This document shows, one piece after another, positions 56,110-64,000 of a stretch of 64,000 nt of DNA (position 1 is its first letter; each line of letters opens with the position of its first letter). This DNA is from Candidatus Latescibacterota bacterium (GTDB taxonomy: Bacteria; Latescibacterota; UBA2968). The notes beneath the pieces are model-generated. The model was not told the origin of the DNA. It worked only from the letters and a program-made list of their open reading frames with translations, and ran no database searches. Where the stretch lies: positions 5,248,001-5,312,000 of the forward strand of contig OZ242320.1 in assembly GCA_965208125.1 (NCBI GenBank). Direction: 5' to 3'. A program made the position numbers and the translations under genes.

Positions 56110-57051
56110 ATGTCACAGATTCGACTGTTTTTGCTCGCCGCTCTCGTCTGCTTGCCCGTCACGGCATCATCTGCACCGCATATTGAATCCTCACTGAAAA
56201 AATCCAAAGCTCAATTGTCGGGTTCAATAAGCAATGGTGCCATTGGCATCAACTCTAACGAAAAAATAACGATCCACATCTCCGAAGGCACCCTTCCACT
56301 CCCGATCCCCGAGGGCACCATTTCACTCCCGACCGATTCGCTCTCTACAGTGCCCAAAGGGCCATCCGGACCCTATGCCCCTTGCATCCTCGGTGGTCCA
56401 AGTCAGTCATTTCCCGGCAATGGAGCCAGACCATATTCCACGTATGCACCGCTTCCAGATCCAGTGGAATTGCTCAATCATATCGGGATATTTTTCTCAA
56501 CAGCCAGCGGTGGATTTGGATCTCGCATCAATTACGACCACAAAATATCTCCACACACGCGCTTTACCGCCAGTCCAGAATTTCTCACCTATAGCCTGTC
56601 CAGAGCCAGCACTATTCTGGGAGACCTTATGCCCCCAGGTATAACGCGGATCACCCTGATCGCCGTACCAATCGGTCTTCAACGCCACTTTGCGCCCACA
56701 TCGCGCGTCAATCCCCATATTGGATTTGGTTTTGGCCCCATCATCCGGCTGGATCACCGCTCACACCGACTGGGGTACTACGGAAATAACCTGGGTATAG
56801 GCAGAATAGTTCGCAATAGACACAATAGCCTCAATCTTACTGTCCCTCTTACTCTCGATGATTTCCCAAGCACCTCCTTAACTCTGGGCGGCCACCTCGC
56901 TTCTGGTCTGAATATCCATTTCGGCGCGAAAAAAAATCTCGCCCTCACCATTGAAGGCCGCTACACCCTGGCTCGATTCATCGACGCGATGGGTTCACCT
57001 GGCGATTTCAGTGGACTTTCCCTCGCCATCGGATTTGGAAAAGCATTCTAA
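56110..57051 (+). CDS. Putative outer-membrane beta-barrel protein with Pro/Ser-rich N-terminus
   Basis: AGGAGG RBS; signal peptide; NPHIGFGFG, LTIEGRY and C-terminal GLSLAIGFGKAF. Confidence 0.65.
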   Translation: MSQIRLFLLAALVCLPVTASSAPHIESSLKKSKAQLSGSISNGAIGINSNEKITIHISEGTLPLPIPEGTISLPTDSLSTVPKGPSGPYAPCILGGPSQSFPGNGARPYSTYAPLPDPVELLNHIGIFFSTASGGFGSRINYDHKISPHTRFTASPEFLTYSLSRASTILGDLMPPGITRITLIAVPIGLQRHFAPTSRVNPHIGFGFGPIIRLDHRSHRLGYYGNNLGIGRIVRNRHNSLNLTVPLTLDDFPSTSLTLGGHLASGLNIHFGAKKNLALTIEGRYTLARFIDAMGSPGDFSGLSLAIGFGKAF

Positions 57052-57075
57052 AAACCACCACATAAAATCAAAAAT

Positions 57076-57110
57076 GGGACGCATCGGATAAATGATGGGT
57101 CCCTTTTTTT
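57076..57110 (+). terminator. Intrinsic terminator
   Basis: GGGACGCATC / GATGGGTCCC followed by T7. Confidence 0.7.
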
Positions 57111-57150
57111 AAAGCGCCATTAATTTTAACACACATTTACAATTCCCCTC

Positions 57151-57205
57151 TTGACAGTACCCTATATTTAGTGCTATAATTTGAGCAACACACAATATCA
57201 TGTTG
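57151..57205 (+). promoter_or_regulatory. nrdR promoter overlapped by tandem NrdR boxes
   Basis: TTGACA-18-TATAAT with extended TG; boxes ACCCTATATTTAGTGC (57159) and ACACAATATCATGTTG (57190), 31 bp apart. Confidence 0.75.
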
Positions 57206-57229
57206 CTTTTAAGAAAGGAATCCTATTTC

Positions 57230-57682
57230 ATGAAATGTCCTTATTGTGGTGTGATCGAAGACAAAGTGGTAGATTCCAGGTCCAGCAAAGAAGGCACTGC
57301 CATTCGAAGACGCCGAGAATGCCTGGGGTGTGAACGTCGATTTACGACCTATGAATCCATAGAAGACACTCCTCTCACCGTTATCAAATCCGATGGAAGG
57401 CGCGAAATCTTTGACAAAAACAAACTCATAGACAAAATCCGGCTCTCCTGCACCAAACGTCCGATCTCAACAACTCAGATCGAGGAAATCGCCGACAGAA
57501 TCGAGGACCAACTCGTAAGCAGGGGCGAACGCGAAATAGAAGCCAAAGAGCACATTGGCGAACTTGTCATGGGCGAACTCAAACGCCTCGACGATGTTGC
57601 CTACGTGCGCTTTGCCTCTGTGTACCGCCAATTCAAAGACCTCAGCGACTTTGAAAAAGAACTGCGGCAATTTGAACGGTGA
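57230..57682 (+). CDS. nrdR: Transcriptional repressor NrdR
   Basis: MKCPYCG...DSR...IRRRREC..C..RFTTYE, ATP cone, [10 protein letters not shown]. Confidence 0.96.
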   Translation: MKCPYCGVIEDKVVDSRSSKEGTAIRRRRECLGCERRFTTYESIEDTPLTVIKSDGRREIFDKNKLIDKIRLSCTKRPISTTQIEEIADRIEDQLVSRGEREIEAKEHIGELVMGELKRLDDVAYVRFASVYRQFKDLSDFEKELRQFER

Positions 57683-57702
57683 GACGCAAAAGAGACTGTT
57701 CA

Positions 57703-58308
57703 TCATTCATCTGCTTTTACTTCCCTTTCCAAAAACTTCGCTTTCCCACCATGACAGGTCTGACACGTTGCGGGCTTGCCCGTTTTAATATCCAATAAGC
57801 GATCCGTAAACTTCTCCATCATCATGCGTGCAACAACCTTATTGGACGTAGGCGTGACCGGATCGAGCCGGCCATCGCGCCTTCTCACATGGCAATAGTC
57901 GCATGCCTTCACACCCAATGCTTTCTGCATTTCTTTCATCATCGCCACAATTTCTCCACGCGACATCCCCGCCAACCGCGAGGGTTTGGCTGCACTCGTA
58001 TCGCGCACCACAAACCGCGCCGTGCCCGTGTGGCAAAAAGCACAATCAATCGATTTTCCCGCTGTTGTAACCAGACCATCCACAAAATGAAGCTTCATAT
58101 AAAGCGCTGTTTTCTTCAATGGAGATGATGCTTTGTAATCGCGCTCTCCTGCCTCAGTCACAGATGGATGGCAATATTGGCATTTTACTCCCAAAGCTTT
58201 AGAAATCGTTTCCATACCCTCTTTGCTCGTATCCAAAACGTGGTGATCGTCCGCAGGTATATCGGCACAAAGCAAGATAACTGCACAGTAGAAGAAAAAG
58301 CGTTTCAC
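57703..58308 (-). CDS. Periplasmic tetraheme c-type cytochrome (internally duplicated)
   Basis: Signal peptide; CQYCH, CAFCH, CDYCH and CQTCH. Confidence 0.82.
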   Translation of the reverse strand: MKRFFFYCAVILLCADIPADDHHVLDTSKEGMETISKALGVKCQYCHPSVTEAGERDYKASSPLKKTALYMKLHFVDGLVTTAGKSIDCAFCHTGTARFVVRDTSAAKPSRLAGMSRGEIVAMMKEMQKALGVKACDYCHVRRRDGRLDPVTPTSNKVVARMMMEKFTDRLLDIKTGKPATCQTCHGGKAKFLEREVKADE

Positions 58309-59663
58309 AAAGCTCCTCTCACGACTCGCCCATCCACCCCATCGGGACTTTCCAACCCCAACAGAGCCATCATCGTAGGCAAAATATCCATCACAGTCGC
58401 GTCATCAGATGCCAGACCAGGCGCATTGGCAAACCACAACGCATCATCGAAGGTATGCGTGCCATTCACCGGGCTGGATTCGCACAAAACGCGCTTTTCA
58501 AAACTGCCCTTCAAATCATATCCCTGCGCAGGCACTGCCATAAGATCGGGTGCCGCATTGAGGTCGTCACCAACAAATGCTTCTTCGCGCATCAACACGC
58601 GATCAATGACTGGTACCCCTCCATCGGGATCGCGAATTTCCATCAGCGCATCTGCCACATCTCGCCGGATCTGCTCGTATTCAGCACCAGCCTGTACGCA
58701 ACCCTCGCGCTCCCTACCCTTTAGATTCACATAAAATCTTCCGGGCAATAACGAATAACACCGCGTTCGGGGATCCAGGTCTCTCAACTGCTTTGGTTCA
58801 GGCGATGCAAAAGACAACAACCCCATCTGTTGCAGCCAAAAATTCAAATGCACCTCGCGCTGCAGGGTGCAAAAACCGTGATCCGACACAATCATGAGCA
58901 GTGTATCGCTGTATAACCGTGAAACCAGTTCCCCAATAATCTCATCTACGCGCGCGTAAAACCGATTAAACCACGCGGTGTACGACACATCTCCTCGTTC
59001 CACATCGCCCCAGAGAAAGTGGTGCAATCGGTCGGTATCCATAAAATGCGCCACAAATAAATCCCATGATTCCTGAGCGTAATACTTGAACATAGCTTCT
59101 GCACGTCGGTTGAGTGCCCAGAAGAGCTCGTCGAGAAATTTCTGGCGGTTTTTCCGCGCCTGCCAGGCGTCAATATCGATCAAATACCCCATGGATTCCA
59201 GTTCAGAAGCTATCGCAGGTGGATAGGTCGCTCGCTTCAAATCGGGTGCTAAAAATCCCGAAATCAAGATACCATTGACTTTTCGAGGGGGAAAAGTAGT
59301 GGGCACTCCCATAGAAAAAACTCGCTGTTCCATATTGCTAAACAGATCAACCCACGTCTTGCTGCGCAACATCCTCGAAGATGGAATAAACATCTCATAC
59401 GTTTGGGGGACACGGTCAATAAATCCAAAAATCCCGTGCTTACCCGGGTTGCAACCCGTCGCAATCGATGCCCATGCAGTTGACGATACCGTAGGCAGCA
59501 CCGACGTCATAGACATCAGTGACCCCTGAACGATCAACTGCTGAAAATTGGGCATAATCCCCTCGGCAATCAAACGTTGCAACAGACTATGTGGCATGCC
59601 ATCCAGGCCCAGAACAACGACGCGACTAAATTTAGCTCTCTTTCGTCGAAAAAAATTAAGCAT
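58305..59663 (-). CDS. Alkaline phosphatase superfamily nucleotide pyrophosphatase/phosphodiesterase
   Basis: VLGLDG, SSTAWASIATGCNPGKHGIFGF, DRLHH and VSDHGF motifs. Confidence 0.85.
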   Translation of the reverse strand: MLNFFRRKRAKFSRVVVLGLDGMPHSLLQRLIAEGIMPNFQQLIVQGSLMSMTSVLPTVSSTAWASIATGCNPGKHGIFGFIDRVPQTYEMFIPSSRMLRSKTWVDLFSNMEQRVFSMGVPTTFPPRKVNGILISGFLAPDLKRATYPPAIASELESMGYLIDIDAWQARKNRQKFLDELFWALNRRAEAMFKYYAQESWDLFVAHFMDTDRLHHFLWGDVERGDVSYTAWFNRFYARVDEIIGELVSRLYSDTLLMIVSDHGFCTLQREVHLNFWLQQMGLLSFASPEPKQLRDLDPRTRCYSLLPGRFYVNLKGREREGCVQAGAEYEQIRRDVADALMEIRDPDGGVPVIDRVLMREEAFVGDDLNAAPDLMAVPAQGYDLKGSFEKRVLCESSPVNGTHTFDDALWFANAPGLASDDATVMDILPTMMALLGLESPDGVDGRVVRGAL

Positions 59664-59739
59664 CTAACCATCCTAAAATAAAACAGGGCTTTTAACCCCT
59701 TGTATATGGAAGCTAAAAGCCCAAGACATAGTAAAAATA

Positions 59740-59817
59740 TGGGGTGAGTGAGGGGATTTGAACCCCCGACCTCCTGGGCCACAACCAGGCGCTCTGACCG
59801 ACTGAGCTACACCCACC
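59740..59817 (-). tRNA. tRNA-His (GTG)
   Basis: Reverse complement gives G(-1)GTGGGTG...CCTGG-TTGTGGC-CCAGG...CACTCACCCCA. Confidence 0.95.
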
Positions 59818-59832
59818 ACACAAAATGCAAAA

Positions 59833-59906
59833 CACTCCCGGCAGGGCTCGAACCTGCGACCTACTGCTTAGAAGGCAGTTGCTCTATCCAGCTGAGCTAC
59901 GGGAGC
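59833..59906 (-). tRNA. tRNA-Arg (TCT), CCA not encoded
   Basis: Reverse complement GCTCCCG...ACTGC-CTTCTAA-GCAGT...CGGGAGTG. Confidence 0.94.
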
Positions 59907-59974
59907 AAAAGAACCTGCCCTTGAGGATTCTATCAAGGGTTGAACAGATACCAGACACATCCTATTTGAAAGCA

Positions 59975-60003
59975 AAATTATCATATTGATCAAAAAGTGT
60001 CAA
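59975..60003 (-). promoter_or_regulatory. Putative promoter of the tRNA-Arg/His pair
   Basis: Minus-strand TTGACA-17-TAATTT with extended TG. Confidence 0.55.
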
Positions 60004-60223
60004 GCAAAAGTAATGTCTCTTGCGCCACGCCCCGTTTAAACAGCAATATCAGATTCCGTCTTCACCAATCCTTCGCAAAGCTTCAGAACCGTGCAATAAG
60101 CGGTGGATTTTTACACCTCTTCTTTAATCCAAATTCCAGTTTTTTTTCAACTTGACAACCATTCTTTCCCTGATGATATTCTTTTTATCTTTAAGTATTC
60201 ACCCTTGAAATCAGTGGCCGCAT

Positions 60224-60853
60224 ATGCCCAGAAAACGACTCACACAGGCCGAACGGCGTACCCAAATTATCGAAGTGGCGATGACGCTTTTCGCCACCAA
60301 TGGATTTACCGGTACCACCACGCGTGCCATTGCCCGTGCGGCAGATGTTTCGGAAGCCATTATCTTCAGGCATTTTGAGACCAAAGAAGACCTCTACAAC
60401 GCCATTATCACATACACAGTTGAAAAACGTTCAGAACAGTGGGATCAAGACACAATCCCTCCGCCAGACCCACGCAATATCGAACACCTCTTGCGCGACT
60501 TTGCCCAGACATTTGTCAATCGCAATCGCAGAGACTCAACGTTCATACGCCTGATGATGTACAGCGCACTCGAAGATCACAAATTTCGAGAAAAATTTTT
60601 CACAATTTACAGCAACCCCTACATGCGATCCATTCGCCAGGCCATTCAAACCGGTGTCGATCAGGGCCAGTTTTGCGCGGTTGATCCGGCAGAATCGCTT
60701 CGCTCTTTCTTCTTTGCACTCCTGCAACACTGCATCAGCCGTTTTGTTGCGAGAAATGAAACCGATATGCCAGAACGCGATGACGCCATGATTGAAAATC
60801 TCGTGACAATTTTTGTGCGCGGATTGCGAATAGACGACAATCAGAAAAGCTAA
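60224..60853 (+). CDS. TetR/AcrR family regulator
   Basis: LFATNGFTGTTTRAIARAADVSEAIIFRHFETKEDL. Confidence 0.92.
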   Translation: MPRKRLTQAERRTQIIEVAMTLFATNGFTGTTTRAIARAADVSEAIIFRHFETKEDLYNAIITYTVEKRSEQWDQDTIPPPDPRNIEHLLRDFAQTFVNRNRRDSTFIRLMMYSALEDHKFREKFFTIYSNPYMRSIRQAIQTGVDQGQFCAVDPAESLRSFFFALLQHCISRFVARNETDMPERDDAMIENLVTIFVRGLRIDDNQKS

Positions 60854-60861
60854 TCCTCCTC

Positions 60862-62217
60862 ATGATCGATTTACGCTTTCTCGAAGAAGGCAAAGCAATT
60901 CGGGATCCCATTTGGGGCTATATCCACATACCGCCTGATTTTTTACCCCTCGTTGATGCCGAAGAATTTCAACGCCTTCGCGATATATCACAACTCGGGC
61001 ACGTCTTGCTCGTGTATCCCGGAGCTCGCCACTCGCGTTTTGAACACACTTTAGGTGTGTTTCACATTACGGGCCATTTCCTCAAGCAATTGCTTAAAAC
61101 CCAGCCCCCTCCCAATATTGATATCGACGACGTACGCGTGCTTCTCGCGGCGAGTTTGTTGCACGACATCGGCCATTATCCCTTTTCGCATCTGCTCGAA
61201 GAAATGCAGATGTTTTTTATTGACCATGAAATGCGGGGCCGCTACATCATTGAAGATCCAAATACAGAAGTTCATGCCGCGCTACTCAAAGTGGGTATTG
61301 ATCCCCAGCGCGTTGCAAATGTCATCGATTATCATCAGCGCACCATCCCCGACCGCGATACGCGCCTTGCCCATATTCTCAGCGGCACGCTCGATCCCGA
61401 CAAAATCGACTATCTTCTGCGCGACGCGCGCTACTGCGGCGTCCCATTTGGCGAGAGCGTGAACAGAGACCGCCTCCTATCCTCAATTACATACCATCAT
61501 GCAACACAGCGACCGGCCATCACTTACAAAGGCGTATCTGCAACTGAAGCACTCATCTTTACCAGTTATCTGATGTATCGCAATGTCTATTGGCACCACG
61601 CGGTGCGCTCTGCCAATGCCATGTTCAAACGCGGGGTACAGGACCTTTTGGCACATCCCAACTGTTCGCTGACGGAAAATGATTTTGACCGCGCCACCGA
61701 ATCTGACCTGCTTCACCGTCTCGAAAAAGAACACATCGAACTCGGGCTCTCTTACCGAACCAGCCTGATTGGCCGTCTCAAAAGACGCAAGCTCTTCAAA
61801 GTTGCCCGCATATTCTTTCCCCATGAATACGCGCAACACCTCATAAATTTATTTCGTCGCCTCTATAATGCGCCCGACCAGAGGCGCGAACTTGAGAGGG
61901 CCTTTTGTACCCACCTTTCTTCAAAGCACAATCTCAACCTCTGCGGCAATGAAATACTCCTCGACATTCTCCAATTTGACAAAAGTCCCGAAGTAGATCT
62001 CAAAGTCTTTTTTGACGCCCACATTCCCGTAGAAAAATCAGAACCCCTGAGCTTTGACGACCCGGAAGTCTCGTTGCTCAAAAATTATCTGATCGACAAT
62101 TTTGAAGCACAGGCCAAAGTGGTGCGTATCTTCTGCGACGATATTCCCAAATTGCGTCAGGCCGTGCGCGACGAAGCCTTCGCCTTTCTTAAAAACTGGG
62201 GCATAGTCAGAACTTGA
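60862..62217 (+). CDS. HD-domain phosphohydrolase, SAMHD1-like dNTPase family
   Basis: IRDPIWG, FQRLRDISQLG, HSRFEHTLG, LLHDIGHYPFSH, DPDKIDYLLRD and MYRNVYWHH motifs. Confidence 0.85.
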   Translation: MIDLRFLEEGKAIRDPIWGYIHIPPDFLPLVDAEEFQRLRDISQLGHVLLVYPGARHSRFEHTLGVFHITGHFLKQLLKTQPPPNIDIDDVRVLLAASLLHDIGHYPFSHLLEEMQMFFIDHEMRGRYIIEDPNTEVHAALLKVGIDPQRVANVIDYHQRTIPDRDTRLAHILSGTLDPDKIDYLLRDARYCGVPFGESVNRDRLLSSITYHHATQRPAITYKGVSATEALIFTSYLMYRNVYWHHAVRSANAMFKRGVQDLLAHPNCSLTENDFDRATESDLLHRLEKEHIELGLSYRTSLIGRLKRRKLFKVARIFFPHEYAQHLINLFRRLYNAPDQRRELERAFCTHLSSKHNLNLCGNEILLDILQFDKSPEVDLKVFFDAHIPVEKSEPLSFDDPEVSLLKNYLIDNFEAQAKVVRIFCDDIPKLRQAVRDEAFAFLKNWGIVRT

Positions 62218-62290
62218 TAAAATAGTCGGAAAGTTTTATATTCGGATTTCAAACAAATAAGTCACTCTCACCTTTACCTGGATTTATTGT

Positions 62291-63220
62291 ATGAAAAAAT
62301 ATCTAACTTTAATGTTTATCTCCCACAATGAAGGTTATATCAAAGAATACCATCTCTCACGCCCGAAATTTATCGGCATTATAAGTGCATTATGCCTGCT
62401 CCTGTTGCTCTCACTCGGTTATGTTGCCACAATTGGCAAGAGAGAAAGACTCGCCGAACTCAAGGAGGAAAATACAGCACTCCAACGCGAATTTGCCTTA
62501 ATTCAAGAAGAATTGAAAAACATGCGCCACAACATGGACCAGCTACAGGAAAAAGATCGCATCATGCGCGCCTGGGTTGATCTGTCCGAACCGAGTGACG
62601 AAGTCCGTCAAATAGGTGTGGGAGGAGGAGGCGATGCCATACTGCCAGAATGGGAACAGGCCGTTTCAGACGACATCTCAGACCTTCTAACTGATAACCG
62701 CACTAATATGGACCAACTCTTGCGAGAGGCACACTTCCTGCAAGCCAGTTTTGATACGATTTTGACAGTGCTCAGCAAAGACATCCAAATACGTCAGCAC
62801 ATACCTTCAATTACCCCCGTAAGGATGGAAAATCCGAGAATATCATCGGGATTTGGCTTCCGTCGCGATCCATTCACCGGGCGCAAACAATTTCACTTTG
62901 GCATCGATTATCCCGGTCGCAGGGGCACGCCTATTATCGCCACAGCCGATGGTAAAATAGATAAAATTGATCACAACAGTCGTTTGGGATGGTATGTGAT
63001 TATCGACCACGGCTATGGCCTGAAAACCCTGTATGGACACCTGAACAGAAAGCCACATGTCAAGCTCGGAACGCGCGTCAAACGCGGTGAAAAGATCGGC
63101 GAGATGGGCAGAACAGGACGCTCAACAGCTCCTCATCTCCACTACTCAGTCTACAAAAATGGCGATCCCGAAAATCCCAAACACTACATCTTTGATCAAA
63201 AAACGCGCTCTTTGTTTTAG
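62291..63220 (+). CDS. M23 family metallopeptidase with TM helix and coiled coil
   Basis: SSGFGFRRDPF, HFGID, TLYGHL and TGRSTAPHLHY motifs. Confidence 0.92.
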   Translation: MKKYLTLMFISHNEGYIKEYHLSRPKFIGIISALCLLLLLSLGYVATIGKRERLAELKEENTALQREFALIQEELKNMRHNMDQLQEKDRIMRAWVDLSEPSDEVRQIGVGGGGDAILPEWEQAVSDDISDLLTDNRTNMDQLLREAHFLQASFDTILTVLSKDIQIRQHIPSITPVRMENPRISSGFGFRRDPFTGRKQFHFGIDYPGRRGTPIIATADGKIDKIDHNSRLGWYVIIDHGYGLKTLYGHLNRKPHVKLGTRVKRGEKIGEMGRTGRSTAPHLHYSVYKNGDPENPKHYIFDQKTRSLF

Positions 63221-63238
63221 CGAATCAGAAGGGGAACT

Positions 63239-64000
63239 ATGAGTTCCAGTACACTTTCCGTTTACAGTTCGCTATTTGTCGCAACGGTCTGGTCTGGCCA
63301 TCCCGTCGGATTTGATCTATTGACCCACGGCGATGTGCAGTTTATCGCGTTTTACAATGCCGAGCGCAAAATGACCGTTGGAATGCGAAAGATAGATGAA
63401 GAAACATGGACATTTGCACACCCAGAAGGTATATGGCTGGAGAATCGGGACCGACTGTCTTCGGAGGTCGGATGGGACAGTCACAATTCACTGACCATGG
63501 CCATCGACGACGATGGCCATATTCATTTGTGCGGCAATATGCATGTGGATCCCTTGATCTATTTTCGCACAACGCGGCCACTCGATGTCACGAGTTTTGA
63601 ACGCATAGACTTTATGGTCGGCCAAAATGAGGATCGCTGTACCTACCCCGTGTTCATGCGCGGCCCAAATAATGAATTAATTTTTCGATATCGAGATGGT
63701 AAAAGCGGCAATGGGGTCGATTTTTACAATGTATATGATGTCCAGACAAATACGTGGCACCGAATGCACAGTACGCCGTTGCTCGATGGCCTCGACCGCA
63801 TGAACGCCTACGCGCGCATGCCGGAAAAAGGACCAGACGGAATTTATCACATGGTCTGGATCTGGCGCAATACACCCGATTGTGCGACCAATCACAACAT
63901 TTCTTATGCCCGCAGTCCAGACCTCATATCCTGGGAAACAGGCGGCGGCGACGCACTAACTTTGCCAATTACAATAGAAAGCGGTGCCACCGTCGATCCC
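63239..64000 (+). CDS. BNR-repeat (BNR_4-like) protein, truncated by the window end
   Basis: Not in the ORF track; frame from ATG 63239 reads VWSGHPVGF...GWDSHNSLTMAIDDDGHIHLCGNMH...TYP...YRDGKSGNG...ISYARSPDL..W. Confidence 0.75.
   Translation, partial: MSSSTLSVYSSLFVATVWSGHPVGFDLLTHGDVQFIAFYNAERKMTVGMRKIDEETWTFAHPEGIWLENRDRLSSEVGWDSHNSLTMAIDDDGHIHLCGNMHVDPLIYFRTTRPLDVTSFERIDFMVGQNEDRCTYPVFMRGPNNELIFRYRDGKSGNGVDFYNVYDVQTNTWHRMHSTPLLDGLDRMNAYARMPEKGPDGIYHMVWIWRNTPDCATNHNISYARSPDLISWETGGGDALTLPITIESGATVDP

Noticed and set aside
63342-63895. Short ORFs listed at the window end
   Set aside because: They overlap the longer open frame from 63239 that encodes the BNR-repeat protein

Overview
A 64 kb bacterial chromosomal segment made up mostly of housekeeping and heterotrophic catabolism genes. 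It includes an lpoB-like lipoprotein, a ROK kinase, a gamma-glutamyltransferase, an argE-like deacetylase, a Mo-hydroxylase large subunit with moaD, hydantoinase/oxoprolinase A/B, an Opp-type ABC operon with an embedded HpcH aldolase, and ABC exporters. It also carries an rnhB-yraN fusion, hisS-aspS, phoH-7TM-HD-ybeY-corC, nrdR, a tetraheme cytochrome c and four tRNAs (Gly, fMet, His, Arg). The clearest accessory element is an AT-richer islet at about 6.2-9.9 kb. It encodes a membrane-anchored protein with a restriction-endonuclease-like motif plus a glycine zipper, a DUF2971-like gene precisely split by a 937-bp IS5-family element (17-bp perfect IRs, TA duplication), and a hicB-hicA pair; this is a candidate defence module. 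Other notable signals are tandem NrdR boxes over the nrdR promoter itself, a sigma-54-type promoter before an orphan beta-barrel gene, and dispersed short-tandem or palindromic intergenic repeats. All product calls come from motif recognition by eye; no database searches were run.
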